A stretch of 64,000 bases of DNA from Rhynchopus sp. YZ270_cl-10 (GCA_964035575.1 OZ037846.1:1364001-1428000), one strand, 5' to 3'; positions 38,951 through 50,868 are shown, counted from the first letter of the stretch. The notes: a model not told the origin generated them from the letters alone. Translations and numbers: made by a program.

Positions 38951-39990
38951 TTTTTATATTACTCTGATAAAGTATACGTGGAAAATTTGGTAGTACACGA
39001 AAAATAAGGAAACACTTTATTTTACGCCCAGGCCAGCCGTAAAATAATGTAATACCCGTAAAACCTGTACAAAAATCCTGAGCGTAAAATAATATTACTT
39101 TATTTTACGCCCACGACCATTTTGGCTTTTTCGCCTGTAAAAATTTTTTTTTTCCCCGCAAAGACATTTTTCAGCCCCAAAAAAAAAATTTTTTTTTGGG
39201 CTCAGATGGGTCCAAATAGTGTGTCCGGCCTCGGTTGGAGAAAGTCGATCGTGGGCATTCAGACCCTGACAGGCTGTACTCAATTCCAAAATACCAAGCT
39301 GATCACCTCAAACTGCCCAACGCAGCTACATACACGGGGCACTGCTATCGCCGTAGTGCTGCGCAATACCTCGTTGACAGCGGACTCTCAACAGAGGGGA
39401 TGAAACGGAACTTCGGCTGGAAAAGTGAATCCATGGTGAACCGCTGCGGAATACGGCGCGTTCGACCCGTGCCCAACGCGAAGTCTCCTCTCTTTTTGTG
39501 AGGCAACCAGGTCTTTCTGCGGCTCCAAGTCCTCTCGAGGTGCCTACCCAAGTCTCTCCAAGCTCTGCTGTGGTGCCAACTCAAGTCCACAAGGTGGAAA
39601 TCTCGATCACCGTGAAGAACAGCTAATGACGAGGCACAGAAGACAAAACCATCAATAAATGCAAAAAAGTAAACAGCAACATCATCACAAAAATAAAGTA
39701 TACCCACCCTCTCCCATTTTGTGTACAAGCCAGTCGCACGAACCCCACCAACAGGAACAACGACACACTGGACACATATTCGGGGTACAATGATTATTTT
39801 CCACTTATACTTTCTCAATGTAAAATAAAACTCTGTATAAAATAAAAATCAGGCCAGATTTTCCTTGTGAAGGTGTTTTTTCACTCGTTTCTAATACTGC
39901 ACTCGCTGCGCTCGTGCAGTATAATCACTCGTGAAAAAACACCTCCACGCGTAAAATCAGGCTATCTGATTTTTATTTAATAAATAGCTA
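38951..39990 (+). mobile_element. Crypton-like tyrosine-recombinase DNA transposon, internally deleted
   Basis: Inverted repeats at ~38952-38986 and ~39796-39830, a YR remnant, and a ~140-bp terminal hairpin at 39840-39979. Confidence 0.75.
39235..39501 (+). pseudogene. Tyrosine recombinase C-terminal remnant
   Basis: YTGHCYRRSAA (H-x-x-R) and FGWKS (H/W). The expected catalytic Tyr position reads TGC (Cys) at 39445-39447. Confidence 0.85.
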
Positions 39991-41306
39991 AAAATAGTCC
40001 AAAACAAGAGGAAAAGTGGTTTTTTTCCAGTCAGATGTGTGCACAGAGTGATTTCCGTGGGGTTTTGGGGCCAAAAGTCCAGTTTTTTCAATGTCTTCGC
40101 CGAAAATATTGATTTTTTTTTATACACAAAAACCACATTTTAGCCGGGAGGAGCAAACCATTACAAAACCATTACACACTTTCTATTTGGACCTCCGGGC
40201 ACCAAAATCGACCAGAAAATGGTTGTAAATACGATTTTTCAACCCCCATAAGGTATCTAAGATCAACCCCGGGGGTATTGGTGCCTTCTATGGACGTTTT
40301 GTGGGCGATTTTTGGGTTTTGGGGTGACGAAAAGGGCTCAAAAACGAGGTAAAAACTGCCCCCTTTTCTGTCTCATCCACTCAAATACACGCTCGGGCCC
40401 CAATCTGGACGCCCAAAAGCTTCGAAACCTACATATTTCCACTGCCGGACCTCACCGGAGGGGATGTGGGGTGGTTTTCGGCACCTTAGAAGAAAAACTG
40501 TGCTCCCGGATCCATTTTTTTGAAAGCATTACATTCCTGAAGGAAATCTTACTAAAATCTTACTATTTTCGAAGCCGTTTTTTCGAAAAAAAGTGATTTT
40601 TTTTCGAAAATAAACGCTCAGTTTTGGTTGTTTGGTGGTTCATTGGGCAGAATCGACGAATTTTAGGCCACTTTGGGACCAGGTAGACCCACCTTGGCGG
40701 GTTTTATGACTTTTTTTCAAAAAATTCTTGAAAAAACACGAGCGTTACAGAGGGTCCTTAAGGATTTCCTTAAGGGCTGTGCCCCCTAACCCCCCCCCGG
40801 TACAGCCGGTCATACCAAGGTACACTGTTTCACGAGAGGGCTTTGTATTTCAACTCTACTTTCTTTTACACACTCCCCCCAATGCCTGCCCCCCTGCTAA
40901 AACGGAGACCGCCTCCCGTTCCCCTCACGTCCCTGTGGATGTGAGGGAACAGCCTGTGGGTTTGATGGTTTGATCGCCCTTTCGGGGAGTGGTGCCACAA
41001 ATCCTATTTCCCCCCACCCAATAAAGCAATCGAGAAAGAAGAGATTAAAAAAAAGGGAAGTGTGGAATTTTGTAAAAGCGTATTGTGCTTGGTGCAGGTG
41101 GCATGCGAGGTACGCCGCCTGTGGCGCCTTGCAGTGTGGTGCATACCAAAAGCGTGCGTTGCCACGCCAGCGTTGTCCTTCTGATACAATAAGAAGCTGT
41201 GTTCAGGAGGCATCGTTGGTGCCCGCTAGGGGCTTGCATACACAAGACGGGCAGAGCCCTCGTAATCTCAAAAAGACAGCACCAATAAAACAGCGATACA
41301 CAAACC

Positions 41307-44300
41307 ATGTCGAAGCGACCCGCAGACAGCACTGAAGAGAAGACACCAAAGAGAAGAAAGCTTTCTGCAGACGAGGTCTTGGTGGAGGCTGCCAAGAAGG
41401 GGGACACGACTGCTGTGCGGGCGGGACTTGACAAGCTCAGCGCAGACACAGACAACAAAACAGTGGTCTTGGATGCTGTGCACGAGGCATGCAGAGGGAA
41501 CCACGATGAATGTCTCGCACTGCTTCTTCCGTATGTTGAGACAACGCAGATGGGGTTCGGGAACTTGCTGAGTGAGTGCGTGCACGCAGACCACGTTGCG
41601 TGCACGGAGGTCCTCTTGCAGCATTGGAAGTCAGTCTGCAGCAACGTGGCGATGGTCCCACACGGGCAGGAGGATACAGAAGGGCGTGCCTGTCCAGCCA
41701 TGTGGGCAGACCCTGCAGTGTGTCAGGTGCTCATTGATGCAGGGGCAGACATTGAAACAAAGGACGACATGGGACGCCCTCCTCTGCACTGGGCTTGCCG
41801 TTCAGGAGCACTTGCGGTTGTGAAGCTGTTGGTGAAAGCAGGTGCGGGGGTGCGTGGCACATGCAACTTCGGAAACACATGTCTCATTTTTGCGTCATAC
41901 CATGGGCACACCGAGACTGTGCGCTATCTTGTGGGCTTGAAGGATGTGGACGTGAATCTCATATCTGACGGCTGCTCTGCGTTAGTCTCTGCAGTATGTC
42001 AAAATCATGCAGATGTGGTGAAGGTGCTTATTGATGCAGGGGCAGATATTGAGGAAAAGGATGACATAGGATATTCGCCACTCCTCGTGGCAAGTGATGC
42101 TGCGAATGTCGAGATTGTGAAGCTGTTGGTGAAAGCAGGTGCGAGAGTGTGTGTCACAGACAACCAGGGCTATACGTGTCTTGTCCTTGCGGCCTATTGT
42201 GGACACACCGAGACTGTGCGCTATCTTGTGGGCTTGAAGGATGTGGACTTGAATCACAAGGATAATAACGGCTGCACTGCGTTGCACCGCGCAACTGATA
42301 CAAAGCATGCAGATGTGGTGAAGGTGCTCATTGATGCAGGGGCTGATATTGAAATAAAGGATGACATGGGACATTCGCCTCTTCACGTGGCTTGCCTTTT
42401 AGGAGCACTTGCAGTTGTGAAGCTGTTGGTGAAAGCAGGTGCGGGAGTGCGTGTCACAGACAACGAAGGAACCACGTGTCTTGTCCCTGCGGCCTATTCT
42501 GGACACACCGAGACTGTGTGCTATCTTGTGGGCTTGCCAGAGGTGGACCTGAGTCACAAGGATAACATCGGCTTCACTGCGTTGCACTGCGCAACTGATA
42601 CAAAGCATACAGATGTGGTGGAGGTGCTCATTGATGCAGGGGCTGATATCGACATGCAGGATGACCTGGGACGTTCGCCTCTTCACGTGGCTTGCCTTTT
42701 AGGAGCACTCGACGTTGTGAAGCTGTTGGTGAAAGCAGGTGCGGGGGTGCGTGTCACAGACAACAAAGGATCCACGTGTCTTTACCTTGCGGCCTATTCT
42801 GGACACACCGAGACTGTGCGCTATCTTGTGGGCTTGCCAGAGGTGGACCTGAGTCACAAGGATAATAACCGCTGCACTGCGTTGCACCGCGCAGCTGATG
42901 CAAAGCATGCAGATGTGGTGGAGATGCTCATTGATGCAGGGGCAGATATTGAAATAAAGGATGCCATGGGACATTCGCCTCTTCACGCGGTTTGCGATTT
43001 AGGAGCACTCGACGTTGTGAAGCTGTTGGTGAAATCAGGTGCGGGGGTGCGTGGCACAGACATCGACGGATACACATGTCTTATGTGTGCATCATCTCAG
43101 GGACACACCGAGACTGTGCGCTATCTTGTGGGCATGAAGGAGGTGGACGTGAATCACAGATCTGAGGAGGGCCGGTCTGCGATTTTCTGTGCAGTACGTC
43201 AAAAGCATACAGATGTGGTGAAGGTGGTCATTGATGCAGGGGCTGATATTGAAACAAAGGATGACATGGGACGTTCGCCTCTTCACGTGGCTTGCCTTTT
43301 GGGAGCACTTGACGTTGTGAAGCTGTTGGTGAAAGCAGGTGCGGGGGTGCGTGTCACAGACAACGAAGGATACACATGTCTTATGTGTGCATCATCTCAG
43401 GGACACACCGAGACTGTGCGCTATCTTGTGGGCATGAAGGAGGTGGACGTGAATCACAGGTCTGAGGAGGGCTGGTCTGCGATTTTCTGTGCAGTACGTC
43501 AAAAGCATGCAGATGTGGTGAAGGTGCTCATTGATGCAGGGGCTGATATTGAAACAAAGGATGACCTGGGACGTTCGCCTCTTCACACGGCTTGCCTTTT
43601 AGGAGCACTTGACGTTGTGAAGCTGTTGGTGAAAGCAGGTGCGAGAGTGTGTGCCACAGACAACGAAGGAAACACATGTCTTGTCCTTGCGGCCTATTTT
43701 GGACACACCGAGACTGTGCGCTATCTTGTGGGCTTGCCACAGGTGGACCTGAGTCACAATGGTAATAACGGCTGCACTGCGTTGCACTGCACAGCTGATG
43801 CAAAGCATGCAGATGTGGTGGAGATGCTTATTGATGCAGGGGCTGATATTGAAACAAAGGATGACCTGGGACGTTCGCCTCTTCACACGGCTTGCCTTTT
43901 AGGAGCACTTGACGTTGTGAAGCTGTTGGTGAAATCAGGTGCAAGAGTGTGTGTCACAGACAACGACGGATACACGTGTCTTATGTGTGCATCAGAGCAT
44001 GGACACACCGAGACTGTGCGCTATCTTGTGGGCATGAAGGAGGTGGACGTGAATCACAGATCTGAGGAGGGCTGGTCTGCGATTTTCTGTGCAGTACGTC
44101 AAAAGCATGCAGATGTGGTGAAGGTGGTCATTGATGCAGGGGCTGATATTGAAACAAAGGATGACCTGGGACGTTCGCCTCTTCACACGGCTTGCCTTTT
44201 AGGAGCACTCGACGTTGTGAAGCTGTTGGTGAAAGCAGGTGCGAGAGTGTGTGCCACAGACAACGAAGGATACACGTGTCTTGTTCTTGCGGCCTATTCT

Positions 44301-44462
44301 GGACACACCGAGACTGTGCGCTATCTTGTGGGCTTGCCAGAGGTGGACGTGAACCACAGAAATTTGTTGGGCCACACTGCATTGGACTTTGCGAGGGTGG
44401 AACAACATGCAGATGTGGTGCAGGTTCTCCTCGAGCACGGTGGGGAAGTCTTTGCGCAATAA
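41307..44462 (+). CDS. Ankyrin repeat protein built from 100-aa (three-ankyrin) super-repeats
   Basis: SPLH.AC..G...VVKLLV / TCL..A...GHTETVRYLV / TALH.A....HADVV.VLI recur every 300 nt. N-terminal PKRRKL is NLS-like. Confidence 0.95.
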   Translation: MSKRPADSTEEKTPKRRKLSADEVLVEAAKKGDTTAVRAGLDKLSADTDNKTVVLDAVHEACRGNHDECLALLLPYVETTQMGFGNLLSECVHADHVACTEVLLQHWKSVCSNVAMVPHGQEDTEGRACPAMWADPAVCQVLIDAGADIETKDDMGRPPLHWACRSGALAVVKLLVKAGAGVRGTCNFGNTCLIFASYHGHTETVRYLVGLKDVDVNLISDGCSALVSAVCQNHADVVKVLIDAGADIEEKDDIGYSPLLVASDAANVEIVKLLVKAGARVCVTDNQGYTCLVLAAYCGHTETVRYLVGLKDVDLNHKDNNGCTALHRATDTKHADVVKVLIDAGADIEIKDDMGHSPLHVACLLGALAVVKLLVKAGAGVRVTDNEGTTCLVPAAYSGHTETVCYLVGLPEVDLSHKDNIGFTALHCATDTKHTDVVEVLIDAGADIDMQDDLGRSPLHVACLLGALDVVKLLVKAGAGVRVTDNKGSTCLYLAAYSGHTETVRYLVGLPEVDLSHKDNNRCTALHRAADAKHADVVEMLIDAGADIEIKDAMGHSPLHAVCDLGALDVVKLLVKSGAGVRGTDIDGYTCLMCASSQGHTETVRYLVGMKEVDVNHRSEEGRSAIFCAVRQKHTDVVKVVIDAGADIETKDDMGRSPLHVACLLGALDVVKLLVKAGAGVRVTDNEGYTCLMCASSQGHTETVRYLVGMKEVDVNHRSEEGWSAIFCAVRQKHADVVKVLIDAGADIETKDDLGRSPLHTACLLGALDVVKLLVKAGARVCATDNEGNTCLVLAAYFGHTETVRYLVGLPQVDLSHNGNNGCTALHCTADAKHADVVEMLIDAGADIETKDDLGRSPLHTACLLGALDVVKLLVKSGARVCVTDNDGYTCLMCASEHGHTETVRYLVGMKEVDVNHRSEEGWSAIFCAVRQKHADVVKVVIDAGADIETKDDLGRSPLHTACLLGALDVVKLLVKAGARVCATDNEGYTCLVLAAYSGHTETVRYLVGLPEVDVNHRNLLGHTALDFARVEQHADVVQVLLEHGGEVFAQ

Positions 44463-44910
44463 GGTATATTGTGCCTGTCCGCTATCGCACCAGAAGTCCG
44501 AAACCGGGTAGAACTAAGTAAGAGAAAACCGAATGGAGTGGGAAACGTAGTGAGAGCGCAGCGGAAACGATAGTGGGAACACGAGCTTTTTTTCATAATG
44601 TTTTATTCAAGGTGACTAAGCACGAGAGGCTGAGGATCATCTTATAGACCTTTCTGTATGCTTCCCCGCACAATATTACGCGCAGAGAAACACTTATTTT
44701 TTCACACAGCGCGACCGTTGTTTGTTTTTCTCAACAGCACCTTTTTTCAATTCCCCCCCCCGGTATCACATATGGTACTGTCTTTCCATGGATACACATG
44801 AAAAGGAGTTCCGTGCTATTCACGATATGCTATTGAGCGTATTTAACAACAACCAAAACCAAAAAAAAAGTACAACGAAGAAAATAAGAAATGCAGGAAA
44901 AATAGACAAA

Positions 44911-45900
44911 TAACTATTTATTCACGTGAAATAAGATTCCCATTATTTCACGCTCCCGGACTGGAGTCACAAGTGGGTTAATTTTCACGAGCGTAGCGAG
45001 TGAAAATTATGAAACGCGTGTCTCCAGGCCAGGGAGCGTGAAATATGAATCTTATTTAACATGAATACAATATTTTATTCAGCGTTTGCGGAGGTCAAAG
45101 TACAATTTCTACAGGGGGCAGTCAAATAGGGTAGGTGTTATGAAAAAATATACGTGTTTTGTCTACGGTGGTGTTTGTGACGGCCCAAAAAGCAAGTTGG
45201 AAAAGTCCTGAGGCAGAATCGTGGTTTTTATGCACATAGTATCCCACTTTGGTTAACTTTTTTGGTGACAAATGGAGTGTGCGTGCTGGGCAGCTTCACT
45301 CACACACGCAGCTCACGACCCTGTTTTAAAACTGGCTGGCACCTGTGAACAAACACATCAATACACTCACAAATCATTCCGGTCAAACATATGCATTTGC
45401 ACGTCGTTTGTGCACTCTGTGCACGCAGGGTAACCGATGTAGCCCGCAGCACACTCGCCACAGCTTGCGCCAGTGAATCCGGTCGCATATGTGCCCACAC
45501 AGGTCGACTTATCCGCGTTGTGTGTCACAGACGTGCTGTATTCACTGTATTGACACAAAAAAATTCATTTTTGGACTTTTTCAAGCCAAAAATGGCCTGA
45601 AATAGTGGTGTATTCTGAGCGGAAACAGTGCGTGAAATAAAAGGATTTTATTTCACTTTATTTTCACGCAAAAAAAAGCTTTATATTACTGTGAATAAAG
45701 TGCGTTTTCGCGGCTATTCCAACGTATTTCTCTGCGTGAAATAAGGCTCGAGTGAAAATAAAAAACGAATAAAGGCATCTTATTTTCACGCTACGGCTAT
45801 TTTACGACCAAAACTTTATTTCACGTGAGTTGAATAATGCCATTCTTATTTCACTGCCCCCTGTAGAAATTGTACGTGACCTCCGCAAAAAGACGAATAA
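44911..45900 (-). mobile_element. Non-autonomous Crypton-like element with a laminin-EGF fragment
   Basis: Terminal hairpin at ~44919-45068 centred on CGAGCGTAGCGAG. Inverted repeats at ~45073-45129 and ~45847-45902. It interrupts a repeat whose empty form is at ~36095. Confidence 0.75.
45367..45558 (-). pseudogene. Laminin-type EGF gene fragment
   Basis: TGFTGASCGECAAGYIGYPACTEC. Confidence 0.65.
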
Positions 45901-46286
45901 AAGAGAAAAACAAAATTTAATAGATTTTGACAAAAAAGGACAATAAAGTTTAGAAGGAGAGCAGAATCTCTGACACAGATGGACCAGAATACTCATGGAC
46001 ATTTTGGGGTTATTTTTTTTTTTATGGACCAATTTTTCTGGTCCATATTTTTTCAAAACACGGTAATCTCATCCCCTCCATTTTTTTTCTTCTCTTCCAC
46101 GCTTTTCTTCTAATTATCAACGCATTCCAGGTAACTTAACACCTTAAACTTCTTACACAGCATTTTCCCCCTCTTTTTTAGTGTTTTTTTTTTTTTTTTT
46201 GTTTTTTTTTGATAAATTGTTGGAGTAGTGTAGTCGGTTGATATATCTCCACTTTTTTTTTTTTGTTTATCTTTTCATCTTTTCAA

Positions 46287-46874
46287 ATGAGGTCTCTTAT
46301 TCAACACGAAATTCGCGACGTACGACAGCAGCACCGTCCGCAGTCGTGCTCCCCTATACCCGCTGTCCTCAGCGACCGCGAGGTTCGGGAGAAGCTACTT
46401 CCTGTAGAGCTGTTCTCACGCAAGCCGCCACGGGGCATCACCACCACCACCACCAGCACCCGACCCCTCAGCGCGGCCCCCGACCTCGCAACCCTCGCCC
46501 TCCTGAGCACACCACCCACACGAAGCACGCTCCTCCGCAGAGGGCGTGCTGACGTCCTCCTCGGCCCATCTCCCTTCAACCCCACCCGAGCGCGCTACCT
46601 CCACAACAAGACGCGGGCGTCCACCTTCAAGGCAACATCGCTCCTCGACGATACGGAGATCCCGCTTTTCTCCTCCTTCGCCATCCCGACAAGGTCTGCC
46701 CCAAAGGCCCTGCGGAACGTCCCCAGGGCAAAGAGTGCGCTACGTGGTGGAGGTCCTGCCAATATGCGTGCTGATATGCTCGACACCCCGCTAGCTTGCC
46801 AGAGAGTGCTGTATCGCCTGCCAGGGAGGGGTACCAATGAGCTCTATCCTGTGGAGGTGGAGTTAGAAGTGTGA
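46287..46874 (+). CDS. Hypothetical basic, low-complexity protein
   Basis: GC-rich 195-codon ORF following a long polypyrimidine tract. Confidence 0.6.
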   Translation: MRSLIQHEIRDVRQQHRPQSCSPIPAVLSDREVREKLLPVELFSRKPPRGITTTTTSTRPLSAAPDLATLALLSTPPTRSTLLRRGRADVLLGPSPFNPTRARYLHNKTRASTFKATSLLDDTEIPLFSSFAIPTRSAPKALRNVPRAKSALRGGGPANMRADMLDTPLACQRVLYRLPGRGTNELYPVEVELEV

Positions 46875-47177
46875 AAGGGGGAAGGGGAGGGGTTGTGGGG
46901 TTGGTAGGGGGGGGGGTTTTTTTTTGTGTGAGTGTGGTGGGAAAATGATTCGTTGTTCCCTTTATTGTGTACCATCATTTATGTGCTTCAGGCAAAGGGT
47001 TCCCCTTTGGCATCCATTTCTGGATGTTTTGGGGGTAAAAAATAAGTAGTTGCGATCGAAAAAACGGGGTGTGCTGCAGAGGAATATACATCTTCCAACT
47101 TCGTTTGGGTACATTTAGTGCACCCTATTATACCTTCTATTCAGTAGAATAGTTAGTATATGAACCAATATTTCAAT

Positions 47178-48291
47178 CAGGCTTCGCGCTAACTTTTGGA
47201 AAAAAATCTGAAAAATCGTGGTTCGGGCCCAAAAAAACGCACCTCGAATAGGGTTACGTCTGGGGGTGAAAAAACAGTGTTTTGTGGCATTTCCGAGCCA
47301 ATCCCGCGCTGTGGTGGGGCATATTCGGGAAAATGGACAAAATTTTAGTGACTTAAATTTTCACAAAATATGAACCCATGCTCCTAAACAAGGGGCATTT
47401 TCAGTCTGAAAACCCAAATCCAGACGACATTGTGGTGTTTTTGACTGGCTGTTGGCAACAGGTAGCGCCGCAGGCGCACGGTACCCAACTTTTTTCTTTT
47501 TTTCTTTTTTTCTTTTCCCTTTTCTCTGCTTTCCTTTGATTGCGCGAGCCGATTGCTCTCCGCGGTGGGGTCACATTTGTGTGCAAAAACACTCTAAAGT
47601 ACCCTTACTATGAACTGTGAGATTCCTCTGGTTTTAGTAAGGAAACCCCGGTCTCAAAAAGTGGGTAAATTTCCTTTTTTTTCCCGCCCAAGAGGTCGTT
47701 TTGTTGCATTTCCGAACCAATCCCGGCTTGTGGTGGGGGATATACGGGAAAATGGACAAAATTTCAGTGACTTAAATTTTCACAAAATATGAACCCATAA
47801 CGTAAACAAGGGTCGTTTTCAGTCTGAAAACCCCAATGTACTGAAGAAGCTATGGGGTTTCTGTGACCACAGAGAAGAGTGAGAACAATAACCAGGACGG
47901 TTATGGCTTCGGAGGGGGTGCCGCCCTCACGCAGCGAGGGTGGAGACGGTTCAGCAGCGCATTGTCGTACTCAAAAGAAAATGAACACTGTACATAAGTA
48001 CATCATGTTTAAAAATAAAGTAGGGCAGGGAACAGGTAGCGCCGCAGGCGCACGGTACCCAACTTTTTTCTTTTTTTCTTTTCCCTTTTCTCTGCTTTCT
48101 TTTGATTGCGCGAGCCGATTGCTCTCCACGGTGGGGTCACATGTGTGTGCAAAAACACTCTAAAGTACCCTTACTATGAAATATGAGATTCTCTGGTTTT
48201 CTTAAGGAAACCCCGGTTTGCAAAAAAAAAAACGCACCACAAAAATATCCAAAAATCCCGGGCCAAGGGCCAAAAATTAGCGCAAAGCCTG
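47178..48291. mobile_element. hAT-like MITE with an internal duplication
   Basis: Ends CAGGCTTCGCGCTAACTTTT ... AAAATTAGCGCAAAGCCTG. Flanks ATTTCAAT / ATTTCAAC (7 of 8 match). Confidence 0.75.
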
Positions 48292-48332
48292 ATTTCAACT
48301 TCGTTTTTTTTTTTTTTTTTTTGCATGGTTGA

Positions 48333-50857
48333 CAGGGTTTCCGCGTTCTTCCGGTGTTTTCGAAGGGGGCGGACGAGTTTTTTTTCCCCCCCAAAAAAAA
48401 TTTTTTTACTAGTGCTTAACCAGGGTTCTAGCTCAGAAGAAAAAAAAAAGAAACGGAAAAGGTGGCTCAAAAAAATTTTCTGCGCTTCGCGCGCAGGGAT
48501 TACGCAGCTCCCCCAAAAATAAAAAAAGTACGTATGGATTTTCAACACGTACAATTCTAAGCAAAAACAATTAAAAACCGCGCGCGCTTCGCGCGCGCTC
48601 TCCCTGGCAAAGTTGGTTGAGAAGGGTTGTGAAAGTTCGAAGAACTGGAGAAATCATCAGTCATGGCATCCAAATGTTCCTGGCGAAGCCACGGTACGCA
48701 ACATTTTTAAAAAATCTTGACATAAAATGGCACTTTCGTTGGTAACTATGGTCCAGTTCCGTAAACTTTACTTCCATATTTTGCTAAAACGAAAGTTTCT
48801 GGCGAAGCCACGGTACGCAACATTTCTAAAAATTGCGCTTAAAATTGCCTATTATGTCATGGGAAGGGTGTATTGCAATCTAGCGCCGCAGGCGCACGGT
48901 ACGCTACTTTTTTCTTTCGCCATGCTGCATGCTCCTTTTCCGGTAAAATAGAAAATTGTCTCCAACAAATAGAATTCTGTAGGGGGTAGGTGAGAGGTGG
49001 GGGCGGAGCCCCACTCCTCACCTACCCCACCCCAGCCCCAATCCAAAACCCAAATTACCTACGTATGGACACGTATGGATTCCACCTTTTCAAAAACAAT
49101 TCACGTATGGATTTCCATACGTTCCACACGTGGAGCGTAATCCCTGTTCGCGCGGAAAAATTGACCACGCCAAGTCGCTGTTTTTAACAGCAAAGGGGAC
49201 TGGCTGACGACACTGAGGACCTCCTTGGCCAACCGGTTTTTTGCACCGTGTAAAAAAAACCCAAAAAAAAAAAAAAAAAAATCCCAAAAAAAAAAAAAAA
49301 AACAACGGAAAAGGCAGAGCTCGCGCTAAAGTCCATCCCTCATCCCGGGATTTTTGGGGGTTTTGGTAGGAACGTTTTTTTTTTGCAGTACGGGGATTTC
49401 ATTAAGAAACCAGAAGTTCTAATATTGTTGAGTAAGACCACCACATAGTGGACTTGCATATACATGTGACCCCGCCGTGGAACGCAATTGGCTCGGAAAG
49501 TCAAAAGAAAGAGGAGAAAAAAGAAAAGGAAAAAAAAAAAAAAGTTGGTTACCGTGCGCCTGCGGCGCTGCCTGTTCCCTTCCAGTTTCTACAGGCAAAC
49601 ACTTGCCCCCTTTACCTTACACTGACGGGTTTTGACCAAAACCAAGAACTTGTCCATTTCGGCAAATTGACCCCACCACAGAACGGACGAATTCCGGAAA
49701 TGCAAATGCCGGTGTTTTCGCGCATTTTCATGTTGCAAGACGTCAGGATCAGGGAGAGAAAATCTGGTTGTGGGATTTACATTGGCCCTCTTTACCCACA
49801 TGGATTTTGACCAAAACCAAAAAATTGGCCATTTCGGCAAAGTGACCCCACCACAGCGCGGACGGATTCCGGAAATTCCAATCGCGGTATGTTTTGGGGC
49901 TGAAAACCCACTGATTTTCAGGAGAAAAATTGCTTCCAAATCTCGGAATTTTCCGAATTTTCCTGAAAATGACCCTTGTTTACGAGTATGGGTTCATATT
50001 TTGCGAAAATTTAAGTCACTAAAATTTTGTCCATTTTTCCGTATATACCCCACCACAAGCCGGGATTGGCCCGGAAATGCCACAAAACGGGGTTTCCGGG
50101 CCTCCCCAGCTAACCTTTTCAAGGAACGTTTTTCCGTACCCGAAATCCATTTTTTCCCCATTTTTTCCCATAATTAGCGCGACCACTGGGAAAAGGTGGG
50201 CCACCTTTTCCGTTCTACTGAGCTAGGACCCTGGCTTAACACAATACAGGTCGAGCCCGGCGCGCTTCGCGCGCCGGGTCGGGGACCTCCGGCGGAGTTG
50301 TCTCGCCTCACGGTCTTTCGTGAGACACAACGGGTGAGAAACTCACATTACGAGCTAGTCCCGGTCGGGAGCTTGGCCTGCTCCAGGCAGACCTGCCCAC
50401 TCCACGCGCTGTAATCGAAGCGCTTCTTAGGAGTAGGGGGGGGCGCTCATACTGCCAAATAGCGTCATCTGGCGGAGTCCTTTCTTTGCGGAAGGCTTTT
50501 TAGCCGGCATGGTTGAAAAGTTAAATATAAATTTCTGTTTGGTGATGTCAGTAGGGAGTGGGGTAGGTGGGGGACAGGGGATGCCAGGGGAATGATAGAG
50601 GGGGATACCATAAGTGCGGCCGCAGATCTGCGCGACGCCAAAGAGGGGAGGCCTTTATTTTTCTATACGGGGTGGGGTGCGTCCCCTGCGGGGCCGCACC
50701 CCACCTCGTCCACTTTACAGTGTACCCCGGGCCCTCTCCCCACCCATTTTTCCCACTCCCCGGATGAACTTCGTCCGGACGAACTTCGTCCGGCAGTTTT
50801 TTTTTTTTTTTTTCTACCGGACGAACTTCGTCCGATTTTTGGGTCGCGGAAACACTG
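48333..50857. mobile_element. hAT-like element with 8-bp TSD, hosting a nested element
   Basis: Ends CAGGGTTTCCGCG ... CGCGGAAACACTG. ATGGTTGA at 48325-48332 and 50858-50865. Confidence 0.85.
48421..50233. mobile_element. Nested TIR element, CAGGGTYCTAG family, 7-bp TSD
   Basis: Ends CAGGGTTCTAGCTCAG ... CTGAGCTAGGACCCTG. GCTTAAC at 48414-48420 and 50234-50240. Confidence 0.85.
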
Positions 50858-50868
50858 ATGGTTGACGT

